Shown here: positions 34,317 to 37,507 of the stretch, in pieces
Numbering within the stretch: position 1 is the stretch's first letter
How the letters are laid out: every line of letters starts with the position of its first letter
Assembly: GCA_964465415.1 (NCBI GenBank)
Contig: CAYXJH010000003.1
Span: 1 to 37,507 of the forward strand
Source: an uncultured Gemmatimonadaceae bacterium
Lineage (GTDB): Bacteria; Gemmatimonadota; Gemmatimonadetes; Longimicrobiales; RSA9
Direction of reading: 5' to 3'
Length of the DNA stretch: 37,507 nucleotides
Notes under the pieces: generated by a model
Told to the model about the DNA's origin: nothing
The model's input: the letters and a program-made list of their open reading frames with translations, nothing else
The model's database searches: none
Position numbers and translations under genes: made by a program

Positions 34317-35591
34317 ATGATCTTCGAGTTCGAGGAAGCGGCCGCGCAGAACGCGCGCATGAAGGTGATCGGGGTGGGCGGTGGTGGCGGCAACGCCGTG
34401 AACCGGATGATCGACGAGGATCTCGATGGCGTCGAGTTCATCAGCGTCAACACCGATTCCCAGGCGCTGAAGCAGTCCAAGTCTCAGCTGAAGATCCAGA
34501 TCGGGAAACGACTGACCCGTGGCCTAGGGGCCGGTGCTCGCCCGGAGATCGGCCGGCAGGCCATCGAGGAGAGCCGCGACGAGGTTCGCCGCGTGCTCGA
34601 GGGCGCCGACCTGGTCTTCGTCACATCGGGAATGGGCGGTGGCACCGGCACCGGCGCCGCCCCGGTCATCGCCGAGATGGCACGGGAGATGGGCGCCCTG
34701 ACCATCGGAGTGGTCACCCGACCCTTCCTGTTCGAAGGCAAGAAGCGTATGCGGCAGGCCGAGCAGGGTCTGGCCGAGCTGCGGCGGACCGCCGACACCG
34801 TGATCGTCGTGCCCAACGAGCGGTTGCTTAGCGTGGTGGGCAAGGGCACGTCGTTTCGCGACGCGCTCAAGAAGGCCGACGAGGTATTGCTCCACGCGAC
34901 CCGGGGGATCAGCGATCTCATCCACGTGACGGGCGAGGTCAACGTGGACTTCGCGGACGTCCGAACCGTCATGGCCAGCCGCGGGCCCGCCCTGATGGGC
35001 ACCGGGTACGGCCAGGGCGAGAACCGGGCGGTGGATGCGGCCCAGGAAGCAATCTCCAGCCCGCTGCTGGACAACGTGTCCATTGCCGGGGCGCAGGGCG
35101 TTCTGATCAACATCACCGGCGGACTCGATCTGACGATCGATGAGGTAACGACGATCGCATCCGTCATTCAGGAAGCGGCGGGTGAGGACGCCGAGATCAT
35201 CTTCGGCGCCGTGCACGCACCCGATCTCCAGAGCGAAGTGCGCGTTACGGTGATCGCCACCGGCCTGGTGCAGGAGGACGAGCTCACCAACGGCTTCGGC
35301 CGGCCGGCCTTCGGTCGCTCCGATCGTGGCGGGATCGCCGCCGGCATGGGACGGCCCGCACCCCGGGTGGCGGCGAGCGCCGGCGTCAGCGCGAAGGGCA
35401 ACGGTGCCGCGGTCGGCCTCGCCTACCAGCGGGAGCCCGTCACGACACAGGCCGCCGCCCCGCGGAACGAAACGGTCGACCGAGGGTATGCTGAAGCGAC
35501 GCCCTTCCCCCGGCCGCCGCAACGTCCCCTTGCGAGAACGCAGCTCACGGACCTAGACATACCTACGTTCATTCGTCGGCAGATGGACTGA
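34317..35591 (+). CDS. ftsZ: cell division GTPase FtsZ
   Basis: The tubulin signature [11 protein letters not shown] is present, along with [14 protein letters not shown] and NTDSQAL. A long disordered linker leads to the conserved C-terminal peptide [18 protein letters not shown] lies 7 nt upstream of the ATG. Confidence 0.97.
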   Translation: MIFEFEEAAAQNARMKVIGVGGGGGNAVNRMIDEDLDGVEFISVNTDSQALKQSKSQLKIQIGKRLTRGLGAGARPEIGRQAIEESRDEVRRVLEGADLVFVTSGMGGGTGTGAAPVIAEMAREMGALTIGVVTRPFLFEGKKRMRQAEQGLAELRRTADTVIVVPNERLLSVVGKGTSFRDALKKADEVLLHATRGISDLIHVTGEVNVDFADVRTVMASRGPALMGTGYGQGENRAVDAAQEAISSPLLDNVSIAGAQGVLINITGGLDLTIDEVTTIASVIQEAAGEDAEIIFGAVHAPDLQSEVRVTVIATGLVQEDELTNGFGRPAFGRSDRGGIAAGMGRPAPRVAASAGVSAKGNGAAVGLAYQREPVTTQAAAPRNETVDRGYAEATPFPRPPQRPLARTQLTDLDIPTFIRRQMD

Positions 35592-35613
35592 CGTGGGTCC
35601 AAGAGGGGGATTG

Positions 35614-36888
35614 ATGAAGATCCGTATCCAGACGCTGGCGCTCGGCGCCCTGGCCGTGGTCGTGGTGGGCTTCGGGCTCGCGCAGCCCAGAGTCGCCGCG
35701 GATGCCATGGCGGTGACGCCCGAGCTGGCGCCCGTCTATGCGCCCGTGCCTGAAGTGCTGGACGAGCACGTCCTGCGTAGAGGTGAAACGCTTTCGGACG
35801 TGTTCACGCGCGCGGCGCTGGGCACGGGCGAGCTCAGCGGCGTCCTCCTCGCCCTCCGCGAGCATGTCGATCCTCGCCGGATCATGCCGAACACACGGAT
35901 CCTGGTCCGTCGCTGGGCCGACGACGGCGCGCCCCGGGCCGTGGACGTGCTGCTCGACTCGGATAGCATGGTGCGCCTGACGCGCAACGCCGTGGGATGG
36001 TACGGCGAGATCCAGCTGACGCCGACGCGGATGGACACCGTCGTGATCGCGGGTACGATCGACCGGGGCAGCAGCCTGTACTCGGCCATCGTCCACCGTT
36101 CCGAGCTCGATCTGCCGTTCCGGGAGCGGGAGTTCCTGACGTGGCGGCTCGGGCACATCTACGGGTGGGAGCTGAACTTCGCGTCGGACATGCATGCGGG
36201 TGACGCCTTCCGGGTCGTGTTCGAACGGGAGGTCCGGCCGGACGGCACGTCTCGCGATGCTCGCGTGCTCGTCGGTGAAGTGATCAACCAGGGGCGCTCG
36301 ATCCCCGCCATCCTGTTCGATCACGATGGCGAGGGCGGAGACTACTTCAACTTCGAGGGCAAGTCCCTGCGGCTGACATTCAACCGCTACCCCGTGGATT
36401 TCCCTCGCATTACATCCAACTTCTCCCACAACCGGTATCATCCGGTCTTGCAACGCAACCGTCCGCATCACGGTACCGACTTCGGGACCGGGTACGGGGC
36501 GCCCGTCAAGACGACCGCCGACGGCACCATATCGTTCGCGGGCTGGGACGGAGGATACGGCAATCTGATCCGGATCGATCATGGCAACGGGTACGAGACG
36601 CGGTACGCGCACCTGAGCCGGTTTGCGCCGGGCATCCGCCGCGGGACCCGTGTGAAGCAGGGCCAGGTGGTCGGATACACGGGCGCCACCGGTCTGGCGA
36701 CCGCGCCGCATCTGCACTATGAGATCCGGCACCACGGTCGGCCCGCGGACGCTCGGACCATCCGCCTGCCCGCCGCCCCACCGGTCCCGGACGATCAGCT
36801 TACGGAGTTCCGTGAGCTCGCGGCCGACCGGATCAGGCTGCTGGACACCCTCACGGAGTCCGAGCCCGGGGAATTGCAGGCGGACTGA
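35614..36888 (+). CDS. M23-family peptidoglycan DD-metalloendopeptidase (MepM/YebA-like architecture)
   Basis: The ATG at 35614 is preceded by AGAGGGGGA and gives a signal/anchor (MKIRIQTLALGALAVVVVGF). An OapA/LysM-like segment follows (HVLRRGETLSDVF). The M23 catalytic motifs are HHGTDF, ID HGNGYETRYAHLS and APHLHYEI. It starts 22 nt downstream of ftsZ. Confidence 0.9.
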   Translation: MKIRIQTLALGALAVVVVGFGLAQPRVAADAMAVTPELAPVYAPVPEVLDEHVLRRGETLSDVFTRAALGTGELSGVLLALREHVDPRRIMPNTRILVRRWADDGAPRAVDVLLDSDSMVRLTRNAVGWYGEIQLTPTRMDTVVIAGTIDRGSSLYSAIVHRSELDLPFREREFLTWRLGHIYGWELNFASDMHAGDAFRVVFEREVRPDGTSRDARVLVGEVINQGRSIPAILFDHDGEGGDYFNFEGKSLRLTFNRYPVDFPRITSNFSHNRYHPVLQRNRPHHGTDFGTGYGAPVKTTADGTISFAGWDGGYGNLIRIDHGNGYETRYAHLSRFAPGIRRGTRVKQGQVVGYTGATGLATAPHLHYEIRHHGRPADARTIRLPAAPPVPDDQLTEFRELAADRIRLLDTLTESEPGELQAD

Positions 36889-37042
36889 GCGCGGGCGAGA
36901 CCGAGCCTCACGTCCGGGCTGACCACGGCCCGGCGGATCCTCCTGGGCATCCTGGCGTACCACCCAGGGTTGCGTTCCGGGCACGAGTGGCGGTCCGCCG
37001 GCGACGAGCGGGCGCCCGGAACCTGTCCGCGATTGGCGTTCT

Positions 37043-37507
37043 ATGGCTCTGACGGGCTGGGCACTGTTCGCCCTCCTCACCGCGGCCGTGCTCCTGGGCG
37101 CGGTCCTTCACTACCGGCGATCCGAGCCGGCGGGACGCGGCCGATACGTCCTGGCGGGGCTCCGGGCCACGTCCATCGCGCTGATCCTGCTGCTCGCGTT
37201 CGATCCCGTGGTGCCGACACGGGGACCCGGAGACGACCCGACCGTCGCATTGGTCGACGCGTCGCTCAGCATGCGGCTGCGGGCGCCGGATGGCACGACA
37301 CGATGGGAGGAGGCCGGGCGTCTCGTCGTCGAACTGGAGGCAGACCACATTCTGGTATTCGGCGCCGGCCCGGCCCGGCGCGTGGGGTCGCTGGAGGATG
37401 TCCGGCCCGACCAGCCGTTCACCCGGCTCGCCCCCGCGCTCTCGCCCGCACTCGAGGCGGCTCGAGGGCGGGTGGTCGTCATCACGGACGGGGCGCTCGA
37501 GGATGGG
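37043..37507 (+). CDS. 5' part of a membrane protein with an N-terminal double-TM domain followed by a vWA-like (DxSxS) start; continues past the window
   Basis: This ORF is not in the supplied track because it has no stop in the window; I translated it by hand. The product begins MALTGWALFALLTAAVLLGAVLHYRRSE..RYVLAGLRATSIALILLLAFDP. That resembles the BatA/aerotolerance-type N-terminal double-transmembrane domain. It continues VALVDASLSM (MIDAS-like DxSxS) and later VVVITDG. It is in frame to the last base and third-position G/C is high. The two overlapping minus-strand track ORFs are Arg/Ser/Pro-rich. Confidence 0.55.
   Translation, partial: MALTGWALFALLTAAVLLGAVLHYRRSEPAGRGRYVLAGLRATSIALILLLAFDPVVPTRGPGDDPTVALVDASLSMRLRAPDGTTRWEEAGRLVVELEADHILVFGAGPARRVGSLEDVRPDQPFTRLAPALSPALEAARGRVVVITDGALEDG

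Noticed and set aside
35569-37080. 503-aa - strand ORF opposite the M23 peptidase
   Set aside because: It is antisense to a gene with intact M23 zinc-site motifs. Its product is Arg/Pro/Gly/Val-rich without motifs.
36908-37485. - strand ORFs 36908..37348 and 37111..37485 at the right edge
   Set aside because: Their products are Arg/Ser/Pro-rich. The + strand frame from ATG 37043 is open to the window end and encodes a plausible double-TM plus DxSxS protein with strong codon bias.
1-37507. Search for CRISPR arrays, IS elements/transposases, integrases, prophage genes, toxin-antitoxin pairs or known defence-system genes
   Set aside because: By eye I found no repeat-spacer periodicity, no terminal inverted repeats flanking an ORF, and no recombinase, nuclease or ATPase defence-like ORFs. 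The only tRNA (8436-8510) is not flanked by an integrase or a direct repeat of its 3' end that I could see.

Overview
This is a very GC-rich bacterial chromosomal segment, roughly two-thirds G+C by eye, with strong G/C preference at third codon positions. It is almost entirely coding and looks like core genome. I saw no transposase, integrase, CRISPR array or phage genes. The contents, in order, are as follows. (1) Positions 1-4896 on the + strand hold a translationally coupled operon built around the Ras-like polarity GTPase pair MglB (Roadblock/LC7) and MglA. It continues with a hypothetical protein, a DUF4388(PATAN-like)+TPR protein, a degenerate CheW-like protein, a membrane-anchored HExxH (peptidase-MA-like) protein and a small 2-TM protein. 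(2) On the - strand, glgC is followed by a GT4 GlgA/GlgM-type glucosyltransferase. (3) Next come a DUF3108 secreted protein and tRNA-Val(UAC). (4) A - strand block runs aceB-aceA (glyoxylate shunt) directly into two tandem Ku (NHEJ) paralogues. (5) Then an L,D-transpeptidase lipoprotein, msrP-msrQ, a small TM/coiled-coil protein, a secreted TPR protein and a YegS/DAGK-type lipid kinase. (6) A complete dcw cluster follows: mraZ-rsmH-ftsL-ftsI-murE-murF-mraY-murD-ftsW-murG-murC-ftsQ-ftsA-ftsZ, with no ddl or murB. It is preceded by a textbook triple GTGGGG MraZ-box array. (7) The window ends with an M23 (MepM-like) peptidase and the 5' end of a double-TM/vWA-like gene that runs off the window. 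The gene content and order, weak Shine-Dalgarno usage and DUF3108/DUF3098-like families suggest Gemmatimonadota or a related lineage, but this is only an inference. The most system-like and least characterised part is the MglAB-centred operon at the left edge. Other points worth checking are the glgA homologue that lacks any canonical start codon, the Ku pair (one with a HeH/SAP-like tail), aceBA-ku co-orientation, and the MraZ operator. Many long ORFs in the track are antisense artefacts of high GC and were rejected.
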